DNA of 64,000 nucleotides from Nemertoderma westbladi (taxonomy: Eukaryota; Animalia; Xenacoelomorpha), in NCBI GenBank assembly GCA_032718475.1, contig JAUCBJ010000527.1, positions 1 through 64,000 of the forward strand, written 5' to 3'. Position 1 is the stretch's first letter. Each line of letters opens with the position of its first letter. The notes under the pieces are model-generated. The model saw only the letters and a program-made list of their open reading frames with translations. It did no database searches and had not been told where the DNA came from. Positions 21,612 through 35,689 of this stretch are shown here, piece by piece. The position numbers and the translations under genes are program-made.

Positions 21612-22025
21612 CCGGGCGCACCCGGGCACGTTGTCACACTCACTCTTAGTGGGCCTTTATTAAATCTACCCGGGCGTGGGGTCACGCTCACTCTTTGTGA
21701 GCCTTTATTAAATCTACCCAGGCACGGGGTCACGCTCACTCCCTGTGGGCCTTTATTAAATCTACCCGGGCGCGGGGTCACGTTCACTCTTAGTGGGCCT
21801 TTATTAAATCTACCCGGGCGTGGGGTCACGCACACTCTCTGTGGGCCTTTATTAAATCTACCCGGGCGCGGGGTCACGCTCACTCGTAGTGGGCCTTTAT
21901 TAAATCTACCCGGGCGCGGGGTCACGCTCACTCTTAGTGGGCCTTTATTAAATCTACCCGGGCGCGGGGTCACGCTCACTCTTAGTGGGCCTTTATTAAA
22001 ACTACCCCGGGCGCGGGGTCACACT
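21612..22025. repeat. 48-bp minisatellite, ~8 copies
   Basis: Unit gggcctttattaaatctacccgggcgcggggtcacgctcactcttagt starting at 21651, 21699 ... 21987. Confidence 0.95.
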
Positions 22026-22880
22026 TCGAAGCAGTCATCATCAACATCACTGACTAGTCAAATGTCTAGTAAGAAATTATCCCCCAGTAAACCCATAAAA
22101 ATACGGTTTATAGTACTAAAAAATACCTAATATAAATAAAATTTATAAAACACAAATAAATAACAATATAAATTTATGTATAGATAATTAATTAATATAT
22201 CAGATAATGTCAAAAATCGCAGTCGACCGCATTTGCTTTTCACTCATTCGGCACTTCTAACACTTCACAAAGAATATCCTATCCTATCCATACCCTATCC
22301 TACCTTACTCTATCCCCCTATCTACCCTATCCTATCTTAATCTATCCTACCCTATTATATCATGGCCTACTATATCCACCTAACCTACCCAGCCTATCCT
22401 AACCCTATCCTATATAACCCTATTATAATCTAACTATATCCTTGTCCCATACCTTCCTCTGAAATATCCATCCACCCTCCCTGGTGGGCAGCCGTTCACT
22501 AGCAATGCTACTAGGTTGCCCTCCTTTACCTATATATATATATTATATTTATATATATACTGATATATATTACAATAATTTATATTACAATAATTATGTG
22601 TGCCTTAATTATTATGTATATGTTTATATGGGTAAAAATAAATAAATAAATCAATCATCATCATCAATAACTCTGGGGCGTTTAGGAGGTGGTATAATTC
22701 TCCTTCACTATCAGCATCATCTGAGGAAAAACAAAAATTCAAGTTCCTCCTACAACCTATATCCTTAGGACAGAGTCGCACCTTGCAAGGATGACTGAAC
22801 AAGGGGTGGTAGGGGAAGGCAAGTTTATCATTGAAGGTGATGCTGAAAGTGAAGGAAGATCTACAGAAATCTGCCCCTCA

Positions 22881-23537
22881 TTAAGGTCTGTCTCCGTTGC
22901 CAATACCAGTGGGACTGGTGGCAGTTGCAGTACTGGTAATAAGTTGACTAGGCCTAAAATTAGCAGCATAACTGCTATTAGTGGTACTAGTAGTGCCCAT
23001 TCCCAAGCTAGTGGCACTATCAGTGGTACTGATTGGCACACTAGACGGAGCTCTAGAAGTACCACTAATATCAGCTTGTAAAACCCCAGCACAAGCAATG
23101 GAGCCTCTGATACCACTACCTGCCTGACTTCCTACGTTTCTATATTTTATAAAGTCATTGCCACTTAATGATATAACTTTGTTTAGGACACCCTTATCAA
23201 CTTTTTTACCTAGCCGCGAAATAACCCAATCAGACAATACTTCAGCCCCCTCCCCAACATTGTTTGCACCCATAATTTGCCTAACAACTGTATAAATAGA
23301 ATCTTCTAGATTATTGATGACCTTTGTAGATTTAGATTGGGACTGTGCTTCTTTAACTTCCTGCATTTGTAGTTTGGATTCTTCCTTACTTAAATTATGA
23401 AATTTCTGAAGATGTGTAGAGAGGTACTTCTGTGGCCTAGGGGTATCACAGTACATATAGCGAATTGGTTTCAAAGGAATAACTTTGGAGGGTCCAGTGC
23501 CAGTTGGGGTAGAATCATCGGAATCAGAATAAGACAT
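22881..23537 (-). CDS. Hypothetical protein with a degenerate C2H2-like finger and an S/T-rich tail, possibly Helitron-associated
   Basis: ATG-started 218-aa ORF, CDTPRPQKYLSTHLQKFH; downstream of and co-oriented with the Helitron Rep remnant. Confidence 0.4.
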   Translation of the reverse strand: MSYSDSDDSTPTGTGPSKVIPLKPIRYMYCDTPRPQKYLSTHLQKFHNLSKEESKLQMQEVKEAQSQSKSTKVINNLEDSIYTVVRQIMGANNVGEGAEVLSDWVISRLGKKVDKGVLNKVISLSGNDFIKYRNVGSQAGSGIRGSIACAGVLQADISGTSRAPSSVPISTTDSATSLGMGTTSTTNSSYAANFRPSQLITSTATATSPTGIGNGDRP

Positions 23538-23949
23538 ATTAGATAAGAAAGAGTGGAGAGTGAAAAAAGAAATATTAAATCAAATTGCAGTTGAGGTGAT
23601 AACGTTAATAGAACAATTCGTAGATCAAAGATAATACAGATTGATGTAGAAATTGAGTATATCGAAGAAATAATATTTATAGAAGAATGCAAATATTGCA
23701 GTTGAGTTGATAAAATTCGTAGAACAATTCATAGATCGAAGTAAATAGAGATTGATATAGAAATTGAGTGAATGAAATTATTGCAGCTGAGTGGATAACA
23801 TTCGTAGATCAAAGAAAATAGTCAGTTAAGGTTGTATTAAATAGATATTGACAATATTAAAGAAATTAATATTTATTGAAGATTTTATTGAAGATATATT
23901 TAATGAATATTAATATAATATGTCCAAAATTGAAGGCAACAAGTGAAAA

Positions 23950-25500
23950 TGTACCCTGGTTAAAACTTACCCAGCCAAAAATCTACCTCAATGTAAGGCA
24001 AAGGGTACATTTTGGTAGTAAAAATATACCTGCTCCTTTCCATCAATTGAAAGGGGTGATTGCTCAGGTTACAGGCGATCTGGAATACCACGTTACGCGT
24101 CCTACATTTATTTTTTAGGCCGTTGTTGCAGGTGTAACAACCAACGTTCAGTAAGCTTAGTAAGGACGTTTGTACAGACGCGCAATAACACAACGAGCCG
24201 AGGTATTGTTGGGATGAAGAATTCGTTAGCCATAGCAGCGTACTAATACATCCCAGCAATACAGATTTTCCTTTGGAATGAATTTGGAAACCCCCGATTC
24301 CGGATATTTGGTATATCTGCAAATGGGTTTTCCAAATTTATCAGTACGTTTCATGTATCGCCCTCCCACACTGTTACAGCTGTGCGTTTGTAAAAATTGT
24401 AACTGATTTAGAAAATTGTTTTTGTCCCGCAAGTCTCGTACTAGTCCTTCCCCAATAAGATCATCTAAATCAGTTCCGAAACTCCCATGAAACTCCCATA
24501 AACTTTTAGATTGGCAGCAGATGCTAGATAGTGACACATCGACGTCCTCTGGAAATAATGTTATACCCATCCCATATGTACATGGGGTTTCTGGTCTTCT
24601 ATGGCCTTCTGGTCTTGGAACTCGAACCTGGACCACAAGTTTTTAACATGTCCGCAGGTTGTTCTTTGCTGAACTGCAGCCAATGGAGTACGTAATGTAC
24701 GGTGTGCACCCACACTCTGAGCAATACAACACCCCATGGAACAAGTTGAAACTTGTAGTCCTCTGTATGGCCGTATTTACATTTGATGGCGTTGGTAAAG
24801 GGCGCCATACCGGGTGTCTCACTGTCATTACAAGTCAATGTAATAAAGTAGGTCCAGGGTCCATCCTTAATCAGAGTGGCCAGTTCGTTGACCTTTTTTC
24901 GAGAATTGATCTCGCTGAAGTTTAATTTATTTTCCCTCATCCCAATACTTACTTTATTTAAGTTTAAAAATTCTAGACTGTGGTTTAGTACTAAGGATGC
25001 AGAGTTGTTATTGAGTTGCATGTTGAGTAATATATCGAATGTAAAATCTAAATAAGCAAGTACTTTTGATGTTACACTCCCACCCCATAATCGTATCTCC
25101 AGGTGGTCAGAGAGAGAAGCGAGACCACGCTTGTTTTGATTTCTATTAGAATACAGAACCAAAAGGAGTGCACCTAATATAGAAATATCCTCCCTGGCAA
25201 AATAAAAAATAAGGGGAAATAAAAAGGCCTCGGTTGAAATTGGCCTGTTTGTGTGCGGCGTATTTACTACGTAAAACACCCAGATATTCATTGAGTAGGA
25301 TCCCCGAATTAATCCAGTGGGTCCACTACAATTTCCTCGTCAACTTCCATTTCGGGATTCGAGTCGGGAGGGGAATATGTTGGACGATTTCCAACAAAGG
25401 TATCCGTTCTGTTATTTATGGTGGCAGATCCATGCTTGTAGCAGAGTCTGACATCACAATGTTCGTACGGTAGACCCCACAGACACCTCTATCTTGTGGT
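23950..25500 (-). pseudogene. Helitron-type Rep (HUH endonuclease) remnant
   Basis: GPWTYFITLTCND (motif 1); WSRFEFQ...KPHVH read in a shifted frame at ~24575-24635 (HUH motif 2); LQTHSC...CRYTKYP; frameshifted. Confidence 0.8.
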
Positions 25501-26029
25501 ACGGGTGCAGTCTATTTTCCAGCACATTGAACGATTCACTAAGTGCTGATGGATGAGGTGAAACTGAGGGTGGAAACAACATTTTATAATATTTTGACCA
25601 GCAAATTGTGACATTTGTTTATGCTTTGTTATTAAGTTTTGATGTTGTGTTTTTTTTGATAAAATGAGAAATGAAAAGTGAGTAAAAATATTGGATCGCT
25701 GTATATTATTGTTTAAATATTTTTTTCCCACTGTGTCCTGGAATGAAAATGTTTCGCCCCATTTAAATATGAGACCTTGCGAGTTACTGATACACTGAAG
25801 GTAATAAGTTTCATTTTTCATACATCAATGCTTCTAAATGCTCACTGATCACCTCACAATCATAAATATGCTTGTAAATGCTTTTGGATCATAAGGAACA
25901 AGGAGGGCAATCATATAAATAGTTTCAATAGATGATCAAGATTGGATTTATTTATTATTATTATTATTATATTTATTATTATTATTTATTTATTGCATAG
26001 TTATAATAAAACAATGTAACTGTACCTAA

Positions 26030-27365
26030 ATAGTGTATGATTTCATCACAAATTTCTGTATCTGTACACTGTAGGTACAGCCTATTGGCAACAAATGTAT
26101 GGGGTGGGGTGTCTTCCTCATAAGAGTCTGGCGGCACGCAATCGCCACAGTAGCAGTAAGAGGTATAAGAGCCTCAGAAGGAAGGACCTTTCCCTTTGGT
26201 ACCGCACTCTTATCAATTGGATATAATCCAGTTTTTCGGAATAATATTCTCAGGTTTTCCAATGAAGGCTTCTATGAAGAGGAGTTTCAAAAGCGTCGGA
26301 AATGTCGGCTTCTGGACCGTTTTTTTTTGCCGGGATTCATGGTAGAAGTCAATAAGTATCTTATACCAGGTTTTTTTTGGCAGGTCCGTAACATGCAACA
26401 TCTAGAGGCTGCAAAGCGCTCGATGTGTGTGGAGACAGGCACACAGTGTGAACTCCTTCTTCCCTAGCCTTAGCTGTGGTTTGATAAGTGAGATGCAACC
26501 CATGGCCGTCAAAGAAGATAACAATTGCTTTGGTCTTCTTCTCATATTTCAGAAGTATATCTTCGAACCACATTTCAAAAATGAAGTCTCCCATCCAGCC
26601 AGTCCCACTCACGCTATAGCTTGTATTCTCTGGCCCCCCAATAACCCAAGAGTCCATAACTTGATTTCCCTTTCCTTTATACACCACATATGGTGGCATA
26701 TACTCCCCAGATGCACTACCGCAGAAAAGAACAGTATACATGGTCTTACTGTCTTACCCTCACTAGGAACCAAAAACTGTGCATCTTTGCTACCTCGGCG
26801 GTTGAAACACTTTCGAGCTTTCGGATCCAGGGCAAGACCAGATTTCGTCCAGATTGAAGAAACGCCCTGGTCTATCAGCTATATCAAGCTTAACTACAAA
26901 GATCATGTACCATGTGGAAGAAGCCATCGATTAAGCCTTTTGCCCTGGCTACGGTAACATACTCAGGCTTTCTTTCACTAATTCATTGCTTCCATCTAGT
27001 TTTAAAGCTGATCAGCCAGTCGTATCCTGGAGTGATCTCAACAAAGCAAGTTGTTTCTACAGTTTGATCAAGATAAGACGTGACAAAAGTGGCTAGCACA
27101 TTTGGTTCAAGTGGCCAGCCTAGATCTCCTAAGAATTCTAGTGCAGAAACTAAATATTCCTCAATCTCACGACTCAGTTCAGTTGGTCGACCTGCACCAA
27201 AATGATCAGTCCGACCCTTTATTGTAGGACGTTTTTTAGTACCATCCCATTTATTTGAATTCCATTGACTTAGGGTGCTTTTAGGAATGAATACCCGTTT
27301 CTAGTTAAAGTTCTCTTAGACTCATTAGTTCGTCTTTAGATCTTTCGCATGTAATGTCGAGGCAT
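26030..27365 (-). pseudogene. pogo/Tigger-family DDE transposase pseudogene
   Basis: TVLFCGSASGEYMPPYVVYKGK, GWM, FFDGHGLH, PHTSSALQPLDV, FRKTGLYP; degraded N-terminus starting MPRHYMRK at 27365. Confidence 0.9.
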
Positions 27366-27669
27366 TGCAGCATTGATCAGAATTTATACCAGAATCCTTA
27401 ATCCTCTATGTGGTAGCAGCAATAGGTCGACAGCAATAGGTCTATACTACTGCATGTATACACTACACAGGTTTGCATGTAGGCCTACCTGGTAAAAATA
27501 TTGAAGGCTTGAAGACTAGGCCTACTGCAATACAGAACTGCAGTGTATGTAATAAAATCATATCATAGGGTCTGTGGGTAGCCTATTAAATCTATCTTAT
27601 TGCCTTGGTCATATATCCTACTGACACTGACAATACTTACAGGTACCACTCAGGTAAATAATATAATCC

Positions 27670-28166
27670 ATTGTTTAATCATTACTAAAGAAACTAACTG
27701 GCCATCTGTGGTACCTGAGGCAGGAAGTAGTACCTGTTAGTCTGGCAAATGATCGGGTCTCCAATGAACAAAAGGATAGGATTGCTATTGCGATGCTCGA
27801 AGCTAAACCAAATGATGATCGACGGAATCTTTCTGTGGGAGCAGTGGTCAAGAAAGGAACCAAGACTAGTCGTGAGGTTCCACCAAACAATGTAAACCTG
27901 AACAATGGCACAACTTTGGAGGATCTCATTGGCCCTGATTCATGGCTAATGCCCCAGTTGTTGGGGTTGTCATTTGATTGGTTACACCAAAAACCAGGAA
28001 GGATCTCGTGAATGACCTGTCAGAAAGACTTATCCGTACCCAGGCAATTTACAAAGGACTCCTTACTAAGGATGAGAAGGAACATCAAGCTGTACTACAA
28101 GTCGTTGAAGACAGTCGCAAGAAAGTTTCAGATTTTCAAAAGCGTACTCTCAAGGAAAGACTCTGA
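27670..28166 (+). pseudogene. DNA transposase C-terminal fragment (hAT/hATm-like)
   Basis: GHLWYL...EQKDRIA; VNDLSERLIR...LTKDEKEHQAVLQVVEDSRK. Confidence 0.6.
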
Positions 28167-30013
28167 TGGACCTAGTGTAGAAACATATACTGAAATTAAT
28201 ACAGTACTAACTTTGTTGAGTTGATTAGATCATAGGTACTATTCTAATTGTTCTGTTATCTGTTGCATTGTATTTTCTATGTTTTATATACCAGTCCTGC
28301 CAAGAATCAAGTAGTGCTTTCAGAGTTATATACTGGGCGATCGCGATATATGAAATTGCGTTATGATATATTAGTAATAGTTTAAAAAGTTACAAAAAGT
28401 ATATATTCCAGCCATTCAAATGAAAGCTTATGGCATTATGATCACATTAGTAACATCACATTTTTAAAAAAATGGAACCATAAAAAATTTATCGACTTCG
28501 CGATAAACTATACCGGCGTTTGATCCAGTAAACTTTATTAACCCCCAGTAGCCCACATGATAAAGTTATCACGAAACAGCTTATCATTTGGTGGTCAGTG
28601 ACCAAATTGGAACAAATTCCATTAACAAGTCTTCATCATTTTGAAAAAAGTTAAAATTTCAGTGCAGTCTACTAGTCACTGATATTATTATAGATTGGTA
28701 TGATTAGATAAGCCTACTGCTACAGTACTGGCCTACTACTGTCCGGAATTTTCCCAATGTCCGGAATAGACCCATATCCGAAATTACCCCATTATACCCT
28801 ATAGGTTAGTAGGTCTAAAGTGATAAAAAAACGCGAGCAAAGCGAGCGAAATTTTTTTATTTTAACAATGCAAAATGGATAAAAACGCTAGTGAAGCGAG
28901 TGAAATTTTTTATGGCTACCGTAATTACCGTATTTTTCTCATTAAATTGCAGTTTTGCACACACTTTATAACTTTTTTTTACACCTCATCCGCGCACTTT
29001 ATGACTTGTAATATTCTGCACAGATTACCGTGCGCTTTTGGTGGTAGGCCTATTTTTCACACAATTCCGCTCACTTGTATTTCAATTCCGCACACTTTTA
29101 CCGCGCACTATTTCAAAACTGCTCACTATTTCAAAACTGCGCACTATTTCAAAACCGCAAACAACACGTTGCGATTTTTGCACTCCATTTGCAGTCTGGG
29201 CAGGGCAGGCTGTATGCGGAGAAGGACTGGTGGACGAATTCTAAACTCCGACCAAGAAACTGCTGCCTGCATTACAATTATTTTGCGGTTGTGTTTGTGC
29301 CATTTTGTCATCCTAAACCAATATTGAACAGTTGAATGAGTATTAATAAGTTAAACCCACATTCACTGTGACCCTGTCCAATAGTGATAATTTGTAGCAT
29401 TTTATTGCAATAAGTTATTTAAATACTTGTGTCATTAGGCCTACCAGTATTAAACCTTTGATATCTGAAGGATATCAGGGCATTGCATGTACTTACGCAT
29501 GTTAATGCAATGTCTAGTGATGGTCCAGATAATGTTCTTAAGAATTTGGTAAAAATAAAGGAAAGTCAATCCTGATTATAAAAAAGTGTAAGTCAATCAA
29601 CAGCTTGGTTTAGTAAAAAGTTGGCAAGTTAATGCTGTAATGTTATATATATACCTAAAACTGTAAAAGAGATAAAACACTGATGTAAAATTGATAATAT
29701 AAAAAGGAAAGAAAGTACATATATATACATTATACAGTATATTTATATAAAATACTACTATAAAAAAAGGAAAGTAAATTAAACTGATCAAGTAAAAACT
29801 TGTCTAATGTGGATTCAGACTGTAGAGTGTCACTGTGTTACACAGTGTGTATAGCAGTACCGGGACAATTTTATAAGTCTGGAAGTTTGTTTAGTAACAT
29901 TCCCCAATGTAACATACAAAGAAGATTAATATTTCAATCAGTCTCTATTAGTAGTCTATAGAGACATAATATTTATATTTATTTTTATTATATATTTTGT
30001 AGTAGGTAAGATC

Positions 30014-30590
30014 GGCATGCTGCATTGCAGCTGCATTTTTAAGAATGCTGTGCCGGCTTATCGACAAAATTGCACCGCCACAACTCCCTATCACCCATGA
30101 CATTTGCTAGATCATCCGCATCTTCAAGGCCATTGTCCTTTAAGATGCGTCTCAAGAAAGTCATGGGCTGTCCACCATGCTTATTCACTCCATGAGGCTG
30201 CCAAATTACAAGATTATGCACTGGCTGGTCCTCACGGCGAAAGCAATGTCCTGCAAAGCGGAGGTGATTTTGTTCTAGTGTAAAGCTTGGGGGAACCAAT
30301 GAGACACCTCCAATGTTATATAGTGTCTGGTTGGAAATGTGTGCATTGTACTTGACACAATGAACCCGGCGTAGCATTCTTGTGAATGTGCCATCCAGAG
30401 ATTTGGTGTCCTCAGCAGTTAGAGCCCAGCATGGACTCCCATAGATGAGTACTGGAACTACTGCAGCTTTAAATAATCGGACCCTTAAGTTTCCGATTAA
30501 TTCTCGGTGACTTCCAAATCCTGGAAAGCCCATGCCTTTCCCTTACGTATTTAAAGGTCCTCACCTGACTTCCGGATCCATGATCCCAGG
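30014..30590 (-). pseudogene. RTE-clade LINE 3' end, copy 1
   Basis: LFKAAVVPVLIYGSPCWALT...LDGTFTRMLR...LRFAGHCFR...DRELWR. Confidence 0.85.
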
Positions 30591-31150
30591 TAACAGAATA
30601 TATACCTAGTGCAGTAGTGATAATGGATAACATATTTTAAATATAAAGTTCATAGAAACGAAGTCTGGAAGTTGATTATGATGAATGACTGGAACGATTA
30701 AACCGCATCTACGGCAACCTCGCCAGCTCCAGCGGCTGGTGGTACACCGTCACCACCAACGTCGCCCTGTACCTGACCACCTCCAGCAGCTGGTGGTACG
30801 CAATCGCCCGCAACGTTACCAACGCCACCATGGGCAGCTCCAGCGGCACCGAATCCCCTGACTCGCGGCACCCGTATCACCGGTGCAGTCACAGCCAACT
30901 GAATATGCCGCCGCTCGATTATGACATTGTTTTTCGCCATCGCCGAAGATATATCTGTATATGAATCACCGGCAGTGATGTGAGTTCACTGCCAGCGCTC
31001 TGCCGGGGATTCACCCAACCGACAACATACCAGCCGCTGGCGTTGTTTACTCCCCCAATGGAATTCGAGACGAATTCGTCCAGTTGGTCGACGTCTGGTA
31101 ACACTGTCAATGTGGTTGACAATTTCTCATATATTACAACTACTAGGATT

Positions 31151-31487
31151 GGCATGCTGCATTGCAGCTGCATTTTTAAGAATGCTGTGCCGGCTTGTCA
31201 ACAAAATTGCACCGCCACAACTCCCTATCACCCAGACATTTGCTAGATCATCCGCATCTTTAAGGCCAGTGTCCTTTAAGATGCGTCTCAAGAAAGTCAT
31301 GGGCTGTCCACCATGCTTATTCACTCCATGAGGCTGCCAAAGTACAAGATTATGCACTGGCTGTTCCTCACAGCAAAAGCAATGTCCTGCAAAGCGGAGG
31401 CGATTTTGTTCTACTGTCAAGCTTGGGGGAACCAATGAGACACCTCCAATGTTATATAGTGTCTGGTTGGAGATGTGTGCATTGCAT
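31151..31487 (-). pseudogene. RTE-clade LINE 3' end, copy 2 (shorter, same family)
   Basis: Closely similar DNA to 30014-30350; LRFAGHCF...HNLVLWQP. Confidence 0.85.
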
Positions 31488-33029
31488 TTCTAAATTAATT
31501 TATATGAATTCCATCCAATTGCTAACACCAAAAAACTGGTGTAAATCAAAAATAGAGATGTTACAAATCATATTTAATGAAATGTAATTTTCAAAAAACG
31601 TCTCAAAAAATTGCCAAAAGTAGGGTTAAAAAATGGTGCTATAACTCGAAAACTACCCAATATTTTTGAAAACGGTTTTCACTTATAGACAATAGATTTT
31701 TAGGAAAAGTCATAAAATTTCAGATTCCCAACTGCGTTTGTTTCAGAATTATAACAAAAAAACCACGGGGGGGGGGGGGGGATACTGAACAAATTGAGAA
31801 AGACGTAGAAAGTACTCATGAGCATGGTTATCATAACACTGGTATTGACGAGTGGTATAGGTTGTGATGCTGACATGTACCCTTCAACGAGTGAGTCAGA
31901 TTCCGAACCTAAATCTAGTAGTGAATCTGGTTCTGATGATGAATCAGGTTCTAGTATTGTTTCAGTTTCTAACAGTGATTCCGGGTCTAGTAATATATCA
32001 GGAAAAAAATAAGAAGCTAGATCTAATTCCACCAACATTCTGTCCACCAGCGCAGATAACTACGAACTTATGAACATAATTAATATTGAGTAACGGTTTT
32101 ATACACATTGATTAGAAAGCTTATTACACATTTCTACCTACCTATTGACCTACCAATAGATGCGCGTTTAATGGTCATACAAACTACATACATACATACT
32201 ACATAGAAACTCTAAGCCAGTTCCAACATCTAACTAACTATTACCATAGTTCTGCTGTCCCTAATCCATGCCCAACATTCTTGCGTGTCGGGGGCAATGA
32301 CCTTTATAACAATGTGGAGATACATCTGAAATTGCAGGCCGCCATCAGCATCACTGCATTCCACACTGTTACAGGATCAAGCATCTTTTGGCTGGAAGCT
32401 TTCAAGCACTCATGTAAGTGCCGGGGATTTTATTAAAAAATATAGTCTTTCAATATAATATATATATGGTCTAGATAGATCTATATTGTAATATAGACTT
32501 TCAATTATAATCTAATTAAATTCCAAAAGCAGGATGGATCCTAGGAAAGAGGTTTGTTTGATTGATTGACGGATTTTCTATGTCCCCTCTCCGAACCATC
32601 TCGTTATGAGTCTCGAGTGAGTACTCTCTAAACAAATAACAAGTAATAACACATATTGTTAAGTTAACATAGTGCTAAAGTTAGCATATGAAAAATGAGT
32701 CATGTGTGAATGCACAACTGAGTGTGTTTGAAAAGATATTGTGTAAACACTTTCAAATGGTTGAAATTGTAGGAATGCATGGAAGACCTGTCTGTACCCG
32801 TTGTATTATCTGATAAGATTATTATAGGGAAATAGCTCTTCTAGGCATCAACTGCACAACTGGCCAGCCTACAAGTATCACTTTGTTGCCCACATGATAT
32901 TGTTCCCCGAGAATGCTTCTGCCTCTTACCACAAGCTGTCAATCAGGAATACCTCAAAGTTTATTTTCTCAAAGAATTCAAAGTGCCGCAAACTACCTCA
33001 AAGTGATTTTCTCAAAGAATTAAAAGTGT

Positions 33030-33963
33030 CGCAAAGTGCGAAAATTGTGTGAAGAGAGTCCACAATTGTCTCAAACGGAGACGTCAGATACCTTGGTGCC
33101 ACATAGCTCGTGATTGCACCAAGGAGGGGTAGCAATAACATACCCAGGGGGGGGGGGGGCGGCCCGGAAAGCCAACCCCGAGAAAAGAACTCTACCCCAC
33201 ACCCGATAGTAGATTGAGTTCCAGCGGAATTGAAGCGCACTTGAGTTTGATGCTATCTTCTCACCGGGAAGATAGCATGGGGGGAGTGTAAGCGGATTCA
33301 ATTCCGCTTCATTACCCACCAGAAAATGGGACCAGTGGCATTTAGCAATATGTTGGGGAGACGAGATTACCAATATTAATCTCGTCTCACAACCAACATG
33401 GGGGGGGGGGCTACACAAGCCACCAAGCCACAGAGTGAATTTAGAGGTCAAGCCACCTCGGAGGGAATACAGCTAGTAGAGGCTAGCAACGGGGGGGGGG
33501 GGGGGGGGGGAAACACTCCCAAAGAGTGCCAAGGTGACAAGTAGTATATTAATTAGCCAATAGAGGGGAGGGAAGCAAGTGATAGGGAACAGGAAAGCAT
33601 CCATTGGGTAGAAGGCCAAAGTAGAGTAAGAAAGTAGAGTAAGGGGTGAAAGCAATATTCAATCTGTTAATCATATATTATCAGTCTATACCAGTTTACC
33701 AATCAGTTGTGCTATTCAATCTATTTAGGGCAGACCGGCAATAGTTTTAGACCGTCATCGGCACCACCATACCGGTAAATATTTTATCTGTATTTTCTGC
33801 ATCTATTAATCTGTGCTATCATCGCGTACCTTAACTAATATCAAAGACAACAGCAACTCATACTGTTTTCCTAGTCGGCTTCGGCCAAAGCCAGTAGCAC
33901 AATCCCTAGCAGAACGGTGATGCGTACTTCAACAACCCGGTCGGGATCTTTGATCCCGTCACA
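33030..33963 (+). mobile_element. 3' remnant (3' UTR, PPT and 677-bp LTR at 33287-33963) of an LTR element related to the 4575-18889 element
   Basis: gatgctatcttc...gaagatagcatggggggag followed by TG at 33287; ends cgggatctttgatcccgtcaca at 33963, the same terminus as the first element's LTR. Confidence 0.9.
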
Positions 33964-34327
33964 AATACATTAAAAACTATAATAAAAAAATCAACAAATA
34001 TTATAGTAAATAAGTGCAAACAAATAACAACAACAAATAAATAGACAAAAGAATACTGGTGGGTGCTACTCCTATCCCAAGTTTTGCTCCCAATAATTAT
34101 ACTGGTCCTCATTTTATCGACCCCAGAGGAAGAAAGTACAACACAAAGGAAATGTAGGTTTTCAAACGAATTGGAGACTGGCGATTAATACTGGTACATG
34201 TTAATATTATATGAATTATAGGGATTAGGATTATATTATAGGATTTTTGCATTATATGAATGAAAATGCGATACTGTATTTAAGTTTGGTTGATTTTAAT
34301 AACAGTATATTTGTATTAACTTTTCAG

Positions 34328-35197
34328 GTTCGTAACTGTAAGGAAAAAACTTAAAAAACATCAAAGGAAAGTCAATCGGTTGACATAGCTGCTATGAGTG
34401 TTGAACAACCACTAAGTGGTTTCAATGTGGACGACATTAAAGTGGAAGTAGAAGAGGAGTTGAACTATCTGACGCTTAATGGTTTTGAAAGAAGTAAATT
34501 CATAGCAACAACATTGTACCGCTTAGTCAGGTTTTATCATGGGGCAATTATTCTAGCTGATCTGCCATACATGCTAGACAATAGCATAGTATATGAATGC
34601 ATTTGTCACGATTTCGTCCATTTGTGGAAGGTGGTAAAAAATGTAACAGACTTGAATGAAAACGCCTTATTCACCCCGAGTTTCATTGATGTTTGCCGCC
34701 AACTGATTGTGATGGAGAAAATAGGGAGCATTGACCCTGGTTATCTGAACGAGACTGCCACTGCAAAGATAGGTTTGTTCTTGCTGACAGAGAAGCTCTG
34801 TAATAAGATGACTGTACAGATATCCCGATCTAATCGAAAGTTTTGGCACCCATCCATTTCTGATGCGAAGAGTTCGTTCATAATGGAGGCTGTGGATCCT
34901 GCAGCCATGGATAAACAATTGTCATCTGAATATGCCCGTATGGGTTTGCAAGTAAACCCATTTGTAGTTCTACTTAAAGATTCCTCACAGAGCGTCGTTA
35001 TCTATAATGTTCTTCGGTTCCAGCGGCCAACCCTTCTGCAAGGTGTTGACCTAGCTTTTAAGTTGTCGAATGTGTGTTACTTATGGTATCCAGCTGCATC
35101 GGTTCCTGTGTGGCTCTTTTTGGAGCACATTTTTGGGGTCCCACCGTCCGAAATATCTTCTAAAGTCTCAAGTCTTCTCTCCGACTTAAAGTTGTAA
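34328..35197 (+). CDS. Uncharacterised transposon accessory-type protein (SAMD3-like C-terminus, as in animal CACTA/EnSpm second ORFs); probably a last exon
   Basis: 267-aa open frame ending NPFVV...LLQGVDLAFKLSNVCYLWYPAASVPVWLFLEHIFG; splice acceptor ttttcag at ~34327. Confidence 0.5.
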
Positions 35198-35689
35198 TTG
35201 TTTGTGAAACATTTCAGGTATCATATGCCTTACATATCTATAACGAACGGACTTGCCTATATTTAGGGCATGCATGTATACCAGTAATACTTTTACACTA
35301 ATGAAAGTATGTATAATGTATATTCATTGTTTTGTTGTTATATTGTTTATTGTATTCACTATCTGTTTGACTTTTATTTTACTTCTATTTCTTTGCAAAT
35401 ATGTTTCATTATATTTTGCTTATTAATTGTAGAATATTATTCCTTAATACTTACTTAATGGATTACTATAATTGTATTTCTAATTATATACAGTAGTGTT
35501 ATTATGAATGGAAGGTGAATGTGTTTTATTTGTTTTTCGCAGTATAGTCAGTCAGTTTAAGAAAGGGAATCAAGGCTGCGATAAAGGGGTAAAAAATAAC
35601 ACCAACATTTTTCTACATTCCCATTGTTTCTATTCTGTAGTATTCATTTTCTAGGTCAAACTAACATTTGTTGGCAATAATATCAACAC

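Noticed and set aside
21521-21979. 152-aa repeat protein
   Set aside because: Translation of the 48-bp minisatellite
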